A stretch of DNA of 63,825 nt, the filler included. It is 11 parts of 11 records of this genome, joined end to end, with 100 filler letters (N's around TTAATTAATTAA, not from the genome) between each part and the next. Parts side by side here need not be neighbours in the genome. Positions count along the whole stretch, not along the records: positions 1 to 7,099 come from SRR15195285_4011; positions 7,200 to 14,079 come from SRR15195285_4015; 9 more parts are not named here. One strand, given 5' to 3'. The first letter of the stretch is position 1, and each line of letters starts with the position of its first letter. The notes beneath the pieces were generated by a model that was not told the DNA's origin, searched no databases, and was given only the letters and a program-made list of their open reading frames with translations. Below, piece after piece: positions 1-12,400 of this stretch. The position numbers were made by a program, and so were the translations under genes.

Positions 1-13
1 AGCAAATGCGCAG

Positions 14-3000
14 ATGCAATACGACTCCGATTCGCATAATTCTGCCTTTGGCGCGGCATGGTTTGTGTCAGATCACATACTGGAGGCCTACAATGGTGTC
101 TACTCAGTGATCGGCAAACGTGATGGAATCCCGGTGTACCAGAACGAAGCCGGCATGTATATGTACGGTATCGACACTTCTTCTGTGCCGTACGGGTGGA
201 CAGTCATCCTGAAGACCAACGGAGACCCTACATTTCAGTATTCGTCACCACTTTGGAGTGACACTGAGTCCGTGTATAATCCCACCAGCGAGCCCCACCG
301 TCCTGGCAACGCCAAGTACGCAGCTTACAACACGCAGGCTTTCGACGCGATCAAGGCCTGTGTCGGAAATCTTCAAAACTGCTTGCCGGAGCATGAGTTT
401 GCTGAGCCGCTGACTAACGCAGCAGAGCTATTCGACGGCCGCAATAGGCGCGAGGGCGTGCGCATCGAGGACTTCGTGAACGTGTTTGGAATCGAGGACC
501 CTCGTGCAGAAGATGAGTGCGAGCCGCAGAAACCAGGGTTCAACAGTCAGTGCAATGGCAACAACAAGGTGCGGTGGGGCTACTGCGCAAACGTTGCAGG
601 GGAAGACTGTCAGAGTGAAGATGAGGAGGATGCTGATGGTGTGATTGGCTTTGGAATTCAGGGCGAAGACTGCTGTTCAGCAGGTGCTGGGTGGACAAGC
701 ATGTTTGCATCAATCACCAGTGTTGCAAATGCTGGACACGAAGGCAGTAATCAAGCGTGGCTTCTGGTTCGTGAGGCCGGACAAGGGGCAGGACAATCAC
801 GAGGGATCTCGCGCTCCATTGTATGCGAAGGGTTTACTCGCAGCAACGGACCCACGGAAGATTGGCCTGTGTCATTTGATGCGTTAGCTTCTAGTGGCAG
901 CTGCCAGCAAGGGCAGCAAGTAAACGGCGAGGCTCACTTTGATGCGGCAGAACAAGAAGGAGCAGTCTTGGCCATCGAGCTGAGTGAAGCTGCACCCCCG
1001 GAAGGGATATATATAATGATCATATCTAGTGACTCCACTAGCTCCGGAAGCGAGTGGTGCTACGGAACCTCCATAGATGGACTTCAATGGGGCCAGACGT
1101 GCCTTCCAGGGTTTGTGGAGACCGTGTCCGTTCCTGCCAACGCTCGATATCTGTTTGTGTGGAATGTCTCCCCCGCTTCGATCCGCGGCATCCGGATAGG
1201 TAGACCAGTGCAGTGGCGCTTTCATGATGAACGTCCTTCCGGCGACACGGTCGACAGATTGCATGGCGGCTTCTTCGAAGGCGATCTCCGAGCAACAGCT
1301 TCGCACGAGCTGCGCCCGTGGTGCACAATTCGGTCGTGCCCAGGTGAAGCTACGCTCGGTACGATCCACGTATTGCCAGCCACACGACTCGAGCTGGACA
1401 GAGACGAAGACTCGGAGCGACTCGCTGCTGTACTGCAGAGCAACAGATTCGCACAACAGGTGGCACAGTCAGGCTACTCGTGGTCGCAGGTGGAGCATAC
1501 GTGGATTGATGACAGTGGACATGAGGGTGACAATGGTGTGTTCCACGCAGTGGCACCTGGCGACTGGACTGCAGGCTCTGCATTTCAGCCTGCGGTGGTC
1601 CACCTCGGCCCCACATCCTATCGTGTCCTTGACGGATGTGCACCGGGTCTGTCCGGGCCGGGATGCAGCCTGGGATATCTTGAGGAGATGCAGCCCACCG
1701 GTGGAGATGGTGGTAGCGGACACATGTGCCCTGGCTGCACCGAGGAAACCGCCGTGGGGTGGCTTCCGCCAAATGGACTCACGAGCCCTTATCAGCCGCT
1801 CTGCACCACTGTGGCTAGGCCAGTCCGGTTGTCGACTACTCGAGCAGCACAATACAGCCCAAACATAGATCGCTGCGTACTCGTACAGGCGCCCTATGGT
1901 CTTAGGGTGCGAGTTGCGATCGACTCGTTCCAAACAGAAACCGATTATGACTACCTGTTCCTGTACGATGGACGCTCTGAGGCGGCACCGCTACTCGGGG
2001 ACAGCGGCAACTGCTGCCCAAGAGCTGGAGGATGCGCATCACTGCTTTATCAAGGTGAGTGTCATAAGAGCTGTCGCCGTTTGCACCACAGAGTTCGTGC
2101 AGTGTCTGATCTGTGACGTGTCTGCCGTGGACTTGCAGGCTTGACGCATCCATGTGTGCCAGGAAAGTGCGGCCTAAGTGGTGATAGACCGGTACGTGCT
2201 CAAGCATGCTTCGTGTCGGTGTTCGTGATGGTTCCATATCCTCACGTGCGCATGGGTTTTGGTACGGCCTAGGTTCAAGACGACCTCGTGACAACCAACA
2301 ACACTTTGTTCATCCGCTGGAACTCTGACTGCGGTGTAGAGCGTGCCGGCTTTTCACTTCACATTACATTTGAAGCAGACGGAAGACGGGCATCTGCTGT
2401 AGCGGGCCGGGCGGCCGCCTGCTCAGGCATACCGCTGGATGTAATCGGTGGCGGTACCATTAGCAGGCTCAACTACGGCAGGAACGAGAACTGCCAGTGG
2501 AATCTGGTGTGCGATTACGGCGACCTGCCGGTACTGAAGTTTGTGCTCTTCAGTCTGGAGCAAGACTTTGACTTCGTGCACTTCAGCAGCAGCGATGGCA
2601 GTGAACCTGTATCGCTGACAGGTCGTAGCATACCCACCGATCTTGCTGGTCTTGCGGGGCAAACGGCGACGCTAAGCTTTGCCACAGACGGGTCCGTAAG
2701 CGATGCTGGATTTGCTGCTACGTTCACGTGTGCAAACGGCGTAGATGCGGGTTCACTCCCGGTGAACTGGACTCAGGCGGAAGCTACCTGCATTGCAGCA
2801 GGCGGACATCTCCCGTCGATTCACTCTGACGGCAACGCGGACGACGTCCGTGCCCTCGCCAACGGGCGGGATGCGTGGATTGGGCTGCGCACACCGTGTG
2901 GAGCAGGACGCGACGGCTTTGGTTGGAGTGACGCCTCTGCCGCTGACTATGAATACTGGGCGCTCGGGCAGCCTGATGGCTGGATGAGTACTGGTGCCTG

Positions 3001-6000
3001 CGATGGCAGCGGTGGGGCTGGCATCCTCACGGACGGTCTGCAATGGAATGTGACCAGTCCCAGTGAGCTGCATTATGTGGTCTGTGGATTCAACGAGGCA
3101 TGGATCAGCGCAGATTGGGCACAGAACGGTTTCATCGAGTACGATCTGCCTTTCGTCTTTCCGTATTTCGGATCACCTCAGACTTCGGTTATCATATCGT
3201 CCAACGGATTCTTGGTTTTCAACTCCTTTGGAAACCGTGTTCCTGATATTGGCGTGGATCAGAGCACATGTCGACTGCCCAACGCTGGCGCTTGCAGCAG
3301 CAGCGGGACGGCTGGTGCTCTGACCGTGACCAACAACATACTGGCCGTGATGTGGACTGACCTCGACCCGCTTAGTGGTGGAATCGTGACCTTCTCCGCA
3401 AATCATTCAGTGGCGATCATCAGCTTTGAAGACGTGCCTTTTGCTGGAGCAACGGAAGAGCACGACGAGACGAACTCGTTCCAGGCAGTCCTACACGCGG
3501 ATGGCACCATTGAAATGAATTATGCAGCTGTGCCCTCGCAATTTAACCACGATGGTGAAGCATCTCTTGATTCACCGTCCATTGGATTCGAGGATGGCAG
3601 TGGCCTTTTTGGGTCCCAGCTTGCCTTCGGCGTCAGCGACATTCCTGCATCCTCGACATCCTTTCGCATTCAACCGGCCTCAGCACCTGTGCTCGTCAAC
3701 AGTGATGTAACACTGACTCTTAGTGGGCTAGAGGTTCACATGCGCTACCGACTGCAGCTTCTGTATTACGAGAGACGCTGCTCAACTAGCTTCAACGTAT
3801 TGGCAAATGGTCAGATCATTGAGACTGCCGTCAATCCAGCGCGCCTGCAGGGTCAGGTGGATGCAGCAACAGATGCAGCGTTTACATCTTACGAGTTCAC
3901 AGCAGAAGGAGCAGTACTTGACCTGCAGCTAGTTCCCGTCGATGGCCAAGACTGCAACGAACCGTCGCTGAGTGCAGTCACGTTGGAACACGTTGATTCA
4001 GAATCACGGATGGTAAACCTGGCCCGGGGCCTAGCAAACGGACCCTGCCGCGTCGGAGATGATGCAAACGTGGTTGCTTGTGGCCACTCTCGGCAAGCAG
4101 GGGTGTCTGAGAATGGGAATCCTGGCCGTGCGATCGATGGAGATACCAACACTGACTACGGATACGGGTCGTGCACGCAGACGAATCCCACGTCGTTGCC
4201 AGCCTGGTGGCAGCTTGACCTGGGCGCAACGGCTGTCATCGATCATGTCTCTGTGTACCACAGAACAGACTGCTGCCAGGATCGGCTTCAGCACGCGCAA
4301 ATAATCGTGAGCGCAACTCCCGACTTCAACCACGGAGTCGTCTGCAACCCACTCAGTGATTCCTCTGCGGTGCCTGAGATGGCGTCTTGCAGGCACACTT
4401 ACGGTCAATATGTCACCATCGCATCGGCTCACACGCCATTTCTGACACTGTGTGAAGCAGAAGTATGGGGCTTGCGAATCAACGATACAGCAGTCCTATC
4501 GCAAGCGACCCTTGCTGCAACACCGGCTGCATCGCAAACCATTGCTACGATCACAGATTTGGACCTGCATGGGCACTTCAGCCTTGCAGTCAACGTAGGA
4601 GGGTCCAGTGAACCACCTATAGGTGATGCAACGTTTCTGGACGAGAGTGCCGCCAGGCATGCTGTAGACCTCAACTACACGTGCAGGTTTGTGGCTGGGC
4701 AAGGGGTAGGAGGCGCGGAAGCAGTTGTTGGTAGAGTCGCAACAGCTGAGGAGTGCGCACATCTCGTTCGTGCACGGCAGCCTCATGCAAACGGTGCCAC
4801 GTTTTCCAATATAGGCGGCTTCGACTGCTTCGCGGAGTTTGACATGATCGCCGCAGACGGCAATGCGCAGTGGATGACCTGCTTGTTTGACCATGACGAC
4901 GAGCTAGCGCAGCAAGAAGAGCTGTTTGTCTGCGAGTTCGAGCGAGGCAACGGCATGAGCGAGCGAGACCAGCTGGTGGGTATTGCCGCAAGCATGCAGG
5001 CATGTGCGCAGATGGTGATAGCGATGCGCCCAGACGCAAATGGTGCGTCACTACCACGTACAGGTACTGGAGAATGCTTTGCTGAATTTGGAATGACAGG
5101 ATCCGACGGCTCTCCTGGCTGGACCACGTGCCAGTTCCCGCGCCATGGGTCTTGCAGTGCAATATTCGAGACCGACCCGTCGTCGCCGAGCGGAACGTAC
5201 ACGATTCTTGCCGCGGGCAGAGCGTTGCGAGTCCACTGCGACATGAGTGATGGTGCGTGGACACTAGTCCGAAAGACAAGTGCGAGCCCATCTCACGTAA
5301 TTGATGCAGATCGGTTGGCGGGGCCAGAGGGTGCGCTCAACACTTCGTTCTCCGGCTCTCTGCCAACCTCTGCGGTGGTGGAGCTGTGCACTGGGAGGCG
5401 CAAGATACTGCCGCCATCTACCACGGAGGTCCATCAAAATCCGATAGTTGGTCATCTAGCATCTCATCTGCTCGGGTACTGGTCCTTCGAGGACGGGGCT
5501 GGAGACGTAGCGATAGACCGGTCAGGGCATGGGCGCGATGTAGATCTCCTTGCCAGTGCTCAATGGGTGCCGTCCGTCCAAGGTGGTGGATCGTACGCAA
5601 TGATGAACGGCCGTTTCGAACAACCGGGCCATGTAGGTTCGGCGGTAGGATTACCATCCGGTACTGCGTCCCGAACGGTCATGGCCTGGGTCAAAGTCCC
5701 ATCCAATGGGCCACAGGTCGGAGATTGGCAAGCTTTTGTTGGCTACGGCGTCGGGCAAGGAAACAAATGCTTCGTTTTGGGTATGATGAGCAACGGGAAC
5801 TACATGCTGGACCTATGGGCTTCGGACTCAGAGTTCGGGCCCGGGACGAGCCAGGGGCGGTTTTCAAACACAGATGCCCGAGACGATACCTGGCACCACG
5901 TGGCCGTTGCCTACTCGGAGTCCTTGCCGTTAATGGCGGGGTACGTGGACGGCTCGTTGAGCTTGCAAGGTAGACCGGATCGGCTACCGCACACGGACAT

Positions 6001-7099
6001 TAATGGTGGTGCTCTTGTTTTCGGGAGGTACCCTCCTCCCGGTGGCGGCGGTTCATCCTTGATGTTCAGCCTCGACGAGGTGGCCATTTTTGATAGTGCA
6101 CTACTCGATGACGACATCGATGCCATCTACAACGGCGGTCAAGGAATGGATAGCGCAGAGCATGGCCCCTTGCTCGATCCTCTGTGTGGCTACAACGCCC
6201 AGCAGTGGTGCCAGCCGGAGCCTGGCGATAGATCATTGGCAACAATGTGGCGGCAGCGAATCCCAGGCTGCGTGACGAATCATCGCATCACGCTCTACCC
6301 GCGCCAAACGCTCGCGCTGTGTAAGGCCAAGTGCGTTGGAACCACAGAGTGTCTTGCAGTTGTCTACCGTCCTTTGGGAGAGGAGCCGACTGAGCGTCAG
6401 TGCAGCCCATCATCGTCTCAGTCCACGGGCGATGAATTGGCGCCTGGCGACTGTGAGCTGGTCGATAGTATCGATCCGGCTGGCTGCGATGCGATCACAC
6501 TGAGCCTCGAGCTACACGTACGCCCGCAGCTGGACGGGGGCTCAGTTAGTGTTGACTTTGGGCTAGGTACCGCCGGAGGCAAGTGCCATCAACATGCCGA
6601 CTGCTCCCAGGGTCACTACTGCAATGCCGCCGCTCACTGCGACCCATGCGCCGGAATTACTGAGGATGCATGTGGCATTGCTTGTCCGATTGGGGCCCAC
6701 TGCGATTGCTGCGATGATGCAGAACTGCTCGCCCGATGCCCGCCCAGGGACTTTCCCGGCGTGGCAAGCAGGTGCGAAGCACAGAGGCGTCGAGATGGCG
6801 TACGAAATCTGCCAGAGGCAGCGCCAGAAATCGAATACCTGGGCTGTTGGGCTAATCTGCCACCAGCGACCCAATTCTTCGGCGTGGACCTGGAGATGCG
6901 ATGGGATGATGCGCGTGACTACTGTTTCCAACGGTATGGCGGCGACCTGGCGAGCATCCACAGTCCCCAAGACAACGCGCGAGTGATCGCTGAGTGTGCC
7001 AAAACGAGGGACCACCGGCACAGCACAGCGCAGTCTCACTACTGCTACATTGGGTTCAATGACGTGGAGATCGAGGGCCAGTTCGAGTGGAGTGACGGC
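14..7099 (+). CDS. Giant extracellular mosaic lectin/adhesion protein, 3'-partial and possibly 5'-partial. Exons 14-2054, 2139-2191, 2273->7099. Domains: fibrinogen/USOMP5-like, 2x CUB, C-type lectin, NIDO-like, malectin-like, F-type lectin, 2x apple-like, LamG, PAN, C-type lectin
   Basis: ORFs 14..2116 and 2288..7147 join in frame through GT-AG introns 2055-2138 and 2192-2272, completing a CUB domain (FQTETDYDYLFLYDG...GLSGDRP|VQDDLVTTNNTLFIRWNSD..GF). Motifs: WTQAEATC..GGHLPSIHS..AWIGL (CTL), RAIDGDTN..WWQLDLG..RTDCCQDR (FTP), GYWSFEDGAG..WHHVAV..LDEVAIF (LamG), YIGFNDVEIEGQFEWSDG (CTL). Confidence 0.85.
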
Positions 7100-7199
7100 N
7101 NNNNNNNNNNNNNNNNNNNNNNNNNNNNNNNNNNNNNNNNNNNTTAATTAATTAANNNNNNNNNNNNNNNNNNNNNNNNNNNNNNNNNNNNNNNNNNNN
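7100..7199. other. Artificial contig spacer
   Basis: 44 N + TTAATTAATTAA (stops in all six frames) + 44 N. Confidence 0.99.
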
Positions 7200-7320
7200 C
7201 TTGCCCGCCCGGGTTGCTGTGCTGTGCTGCTGCTTGGTGGTGTTCTCGTCTTGTTCTGTGGTGGTTGTCTCGCACTGCGGTGTGGAGTGCTGAGAGCGGC
7301 GGCGGCTGCTCGAGCTGACA

Positions 7321-9085
7321 ATGGCCACCGTGCTGTCGAGGGGCAAGCGCGTGCTCTTCTCTCGGGTCGGCGCCGGCACGCAGACGCAGGCGCGGGTGCT
7401 GTGGGTGCCGGGTGCGGCGGGCGCGAGGCCAGCAGTGGCGGCGTGCAGGCGCGGCTATGCTTCCGCTGCGCCTGCGCAGCACCACACACCGCAGAAGGAG
7501 CTTGAGTTCGATCAGGACAAGACGACGGTGCTGTTTCGCGTGCTGGACGAGCCGGGCGCGCTGAACGAGGTCTTGACGATGTTCGGCCAGCACGGGTTCG
7601 ACATGACCCACATCCAGTCGCGTCTCTCGAAGGATGACGTGGACGCCTACGAGTTCGAGATCGACTTCAAAGGCGACGAGCTGGACCCACAGGTGTCTAA
7701 ATTCCTGGGCGTGCTGCGTGAGCAAACGGAAGAGTTGCGTGTGCTCGGCAAGAAGCAGGTGCCATGGTTCCCACGCCACATCTCTGACTTCGACCACTTC
7801 ACGCAAAAGACGCTGGACGCGGATGAGGACCTCGAGTCGGACCACCCGGGTTTCAACGATCCGGCCTACCGGCAGCGAAGGGCGGATATCTGCAAAGCCG
7901 CGATGGCGTACAAAGCAGGCACCGGCCGCGTGCCAAACCCAATCGAGCGCGTCGAGTACCACGAGGACGAAGTTGCGGCATGGGGTGCGGTCTACAACCA
8001 GCTGATGAAGCTCTATCCGGCCCATGCCTGCAAGGAGGCGCGTCATAACCTCAAGCTACTGCAGCGCCACGCGGGGTACGGGCCAGGTAAGATCCCGCAG
8101 CTGGAGGACGTGTCGGCGTTCCTGCGCGAAGCTTCGGTGCGGCCTCGTCTCCACATGGATTAGCACAGACTCTCCAGCTCCCATCCGCAGCAGTTTGCTC
8201 GCTCGCGGCGCTCTGACTACGTGCGGCGGTGTGCATGTGCTCGTTGCAGGGCTTCTCCTGTCGTCCCATCACTGGCCTGCTCTCTGCTCGGGCGTTCCTC
8301 GCGGCGCTGGCGTTTCGGGTGTTTTTCTCCACACAGTACATTCGACATCCATCGCAACCGTTCTACACCCCCGAGCCTGACGTATGCCACGAGCTCCTCG
8401 GACACGTGCCAATGTTTGCCGATCCGGACTTCGCCGACTTCTCTCAGGAGATCGGCCTCGCGTCCCTGGGCGCCTCAGATGCTGACATTGAGCGGCTGGC
8501 GACCTGCTATTGGTTTTCCGTGGAGTTCGGCCTGTGTCGGTAGGTCCATCATCGGCGTTGTTCATATAGGCTGCAGTAGGCAATACTGACAACTTTGGTG
8601 TGCGGCAGTGAGAAGGATGTCTACGGACAGCGAACGCTGAAAGCCTACGGCGCAGGATGCCTCAGCTCTTTTGGGGAGCTCGAGCACTGCATGTCGGACA
8701 GTACGTTGCCCCATCACACAGCCAATGCAGCGTCTATGATGGCGGCAACACGCGCGTTCTCTGGCGCCTCGTGTGCATGTGCGCACGCGCGTGTGTCTTT
8801 GTCTCCGTATCTCTCATAACCAACGTTCTCCGTGATACGAAATGTGGCTTCCTGTGCGCAGAGCCTGAGGTACGCACATGGGATCCTCTGGAGGCGTGCA
8901 AGCAGCCGTACCCAATCACAACGTTTCAGCCAGTTTACTATGCGGCGGAGTCGTTTGCTGATGCACGCGAGCGCATGATCGACTTCACGGCGACGATCAA
9001 TCGTCCGTTTGATGTGCGTTACAACGCGCACTCACAGCGGATCGAGTTCGACCGTAACGTGCAGGTTGCACCCCCGCGCGATTAG
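7321..9085 (+). CDS. PAH: Phenylalanine-4-hydroxylase (ACT + biopterin-dependent aromatic amino acid hydroxylase). Exons 7321-8136, 8250-8539, 8609-8700, 8862-9085
   Basis: ACT domain ([13 protein letters not shown]), [51 protein letters not shown] and VEFG (2-His-1-Glu Fe ligands), [19 protein letters not shown]. Three GT-AG introns restore the frame. Confidence 0.95.
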
Positions 9086-9425
9086 CTCTGAAATCGTGAA
9101 CCTCTTATATATGGTCCAAAAGGTGCATGCACAAGCACTTTTCGACCGATTTGAGCTGCATGTCTCCGTGCTCGGATGGACACTGCTGTGGATCTACGTA
9201 GCTGGCTGGACAGTCAAGTCTACGTGTAGATCCACTCGAGGCCCACGAGGTCTACCGCTGGAGCCTACTGGCCCAGCCAGAGGCCTATGAACCCGCGAGT
9301 GGTGGCCTACGTGTGTGTGTAGCTGAGTCCACTACGTGGCCTAGGCAGCCTGTGTGCAATCCAGTCAACAACTGTTTTGATTTTTTTCCTGTAGTTCACA
9401 TTCAACGATATCGGTCGCTTGCCGC

Positions 9426-12400
9426 TTACGGTGGTGGCGAGCCAAGGCTCAAACGTAGGTCGCTGCCGAGATTACTGCTACTCAACCGCGGGCGGCTGTC
9501 CATCCGTCGCCGACGCGTAAAGCTCGTCCTGGGACTGTCGTCCCCCGAGCCGAGTGCAACCGTACTCGAGTCCGAAGACTGCACGTCTTCTTCGTCGTGG
9601 CTCTCATCGCCATCGTCTTCTACATCAAGCTCAGGAAAGTGATTTTCCATTGCTTCCATGAAACGAATCTGAAATGATTCAGCGTCTATGGCTGACAAGC
9701 CATCGATATCCTTCCCAAGCAGTAACTTTGCCCAGCGCTCCAGCTTCTTCGTTGTATTCCACTCCTGTAGGATGTCGATGATCCCAATGTTGTACGATGC
9801 TGCGGCCTTTCCCTGGTTTGGAAAGTAGGTAGGGCTACCAGTCCTTCGACGTGCGGTGTGTGTCAACGGCATCAACCTTTTCTTTATGCCCAAAAGCAAC
9901 GAGTAGTCCATGATCCCACGGCCGGTGGTGCTGAGGAATTTAGTGTCTTTGTACAACTGCGCCATCAATGCGTTTCTCTGGTCTTTCGGTAGGTAGAGCT
10001 GCTCGTGAAGGTCTCCATCTTTGAGAGTGCCAACGGCCCCGCTCTGGGCAGGGGGTCCCTTTGTAATGGTTGTTCGGTTGACCCACGATCCCTTCAAATC
10101 GTACTGCAGCATACTCTCTTTCAACACCGCGCCCGCACGCGCACGAAGCTGTGCTTCACTCTCCCGTTCCCCCTCTCCTCCAGCATTTGCTTGATCGTCT
10201 ACGAGCGAAGACACTTGTCGGATTTCATCCATTGTTTCTTGAAGAGAATCGTGGTTCAAATTTTCGAATACCATGAAGTAGAGCCGGCCTCGTAAGATAC
10301 TGCGCAGTACTGGAACCGAGGAGCAACCCTGATACATTTGTACCTGGTTGCACTGCACGACGCGCAGCAGTAGGCTGTCGGGGTTCTCGGTCATATACTT
10401 GTAGTATGAGTCCAACATCTTCAGCAACACATTTTTTTCCTCTTCCGTCATCTACTTGACTATGTAGCGTTTGTCTGCTGAAAAGTACATAAATGCTCCA
10501 GAAGCCCCCCCCGCTGAAGCTGCCGGCTTCATAGTGCTCCATGGCTGCATGTAGCAGGCCGTGGCGGTCATCGCTGCCACCAGCACTGCTCCCTGGTGAC
10601 TCGACACCGTTGCTGCCTGCCATGGCGATCAGGCACACGCGTTAGTAGACAATACACGCGGCCTGGACTCCAACACGCTCAAGCTACCTTGTGGTATTGT
10701 GTGTAAGCCATCGAACGCACCTTTGTGTGCGTCAAATAGCCGCCGCAATGCGGCAAAGGTTCGCGGCCGGTAGCTCTTGAACTTGAACTGTTCCATCTGG
10801 CTCTTCAACTCTTGCGGAAATCCGATTTCCTGGTCTTGACCTTTAAGAAATACTGGCTGAAAACTGCGGAAGAAAGCCGTCTCATGCGTCTTCTCATACA
10901 AGCCTGCCTCATCAAGCTTGACTGAGATCGACTCGTCTGGTGAGTCAACACTGACGCTGTCACGGTTGTACCCACCAGGACTTGCGTCTCGGACTGCCAT
11001 ACGTATCCCAAGACCCGTGAAGAACAGCAACTCATTCTGCAGGATTTCAGTCAATTCTTTCGCGTTTGTATCGTCAGCATGCTCTATTCCACCACGCTGG
11101 ACTTTCCATACCACCAACTGCCAGACAAGAGGCGTGATCGCATTCCTACCGCCTAGCACAAACGCCCAAATGACAACCCAGAAACGGTCCCCCAACGCGT
11201 AGTCGGTCGCTGCGTCTTGCATTCGAGTTTTCTCCATAATACTAGGGCTTCTTTGCAGTACCGAATGGTACAGGACGCCGAAGAGCACCACCCACCAAAG
11301 CCCACATACTACCGTCACCATAATGCCTTCCTTAATGATGCCCTCACGAACCTCTCGCTGACCCTGGGTTAGAGTGCGTGAGATGCGCAACTTAAAGTAC
11401 GAGTACAACGACACCAGCAACGCAACGAGATTGTAAAACAGAGAGAGACCGTAGACAAGGTTGCTTCCCAGGATTCCATTTCCGGTTAGGTATTCATTCG
11501 AGTTCGGTGCACTCGTTGCATTCAAGCGCCCGAAGTTTCTATGCCAACAAAAGTCCTCAAGGATAGAGTCAAATGAAACGCCCCAATCCCCACTGGCGTA
11601 CAGCCAGACTGCAAGAATGATTGAAACCGCCCAGGTCCATCCGTGGTAGAAGATCCATCTTTTTCGCGTCGACCCAAACGGGCTTGTGAGCAGATTGAGG
11701 AGCAGATCGATCGTGATCATGAAGAAGAATGAGTCCGTCGCAGTCCAGGTCAACTGAAATAGCACTGACATGGCCGCACAGTTGTTGACCGCGTAGCCTC
11801 GGTCTCCATCCACACCACCACCCATAGTTGATTGCGTGCGCGCTGATTCGACCTTTGCCCACGTTGGCCACCCAGTGTAAATAGAGAGCGTCGGGCAGTC
11901 CGTATAATCGAGCTGGCCGTCCATACTGCTCCTACTGTCCTCCAGTATGCATACATCCGCAGGAATCCTGAACGCTAGTTCTTGCAGCATAAAGCAGACG
12001 CAGTAGACAAGCTCTACTGCGGCAGCACATGCGAGTAGAGTTGTGATGCTGCGCTGCTGCAGGGCCTTGTTGAAGGAGAACGAGAAGATTACTTGACAGT
12101 TGCCCACGAACGACACCAGTACGCCAAGCATCATCGGAATGTGCTGTGAGTTGCGAATATTGTCGGGCCGTGCTGGACAGCGTTGCTGGTCACAGGGCTT
12201 GTACTGCATGCAGATGGAGCAGTCTTGCATCAGGTCTAGCATGGGGTCGTGAAGAGTTGACCGAGCACAGCATTCTCCCAAACCGGGGCAAAGCATTGCT
12301 CCGCTGGCATCACCCTGCAATTTGCAGGGCTCGCTTAGGTTGGACCGCGTCTTCGCATTGCAGCACTTGCACATCGGCTTCCAGTGCCCCTCTCCAGCGG

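Noticed and set aside
7144-8046. Long antisense ORFs (for example 7144-8046, 26824-27864, 29499-30287, 18248-19117)
   Set aside because: Shadows of GC-rich coding sequence on the opposite strand with no recognisable motifs.
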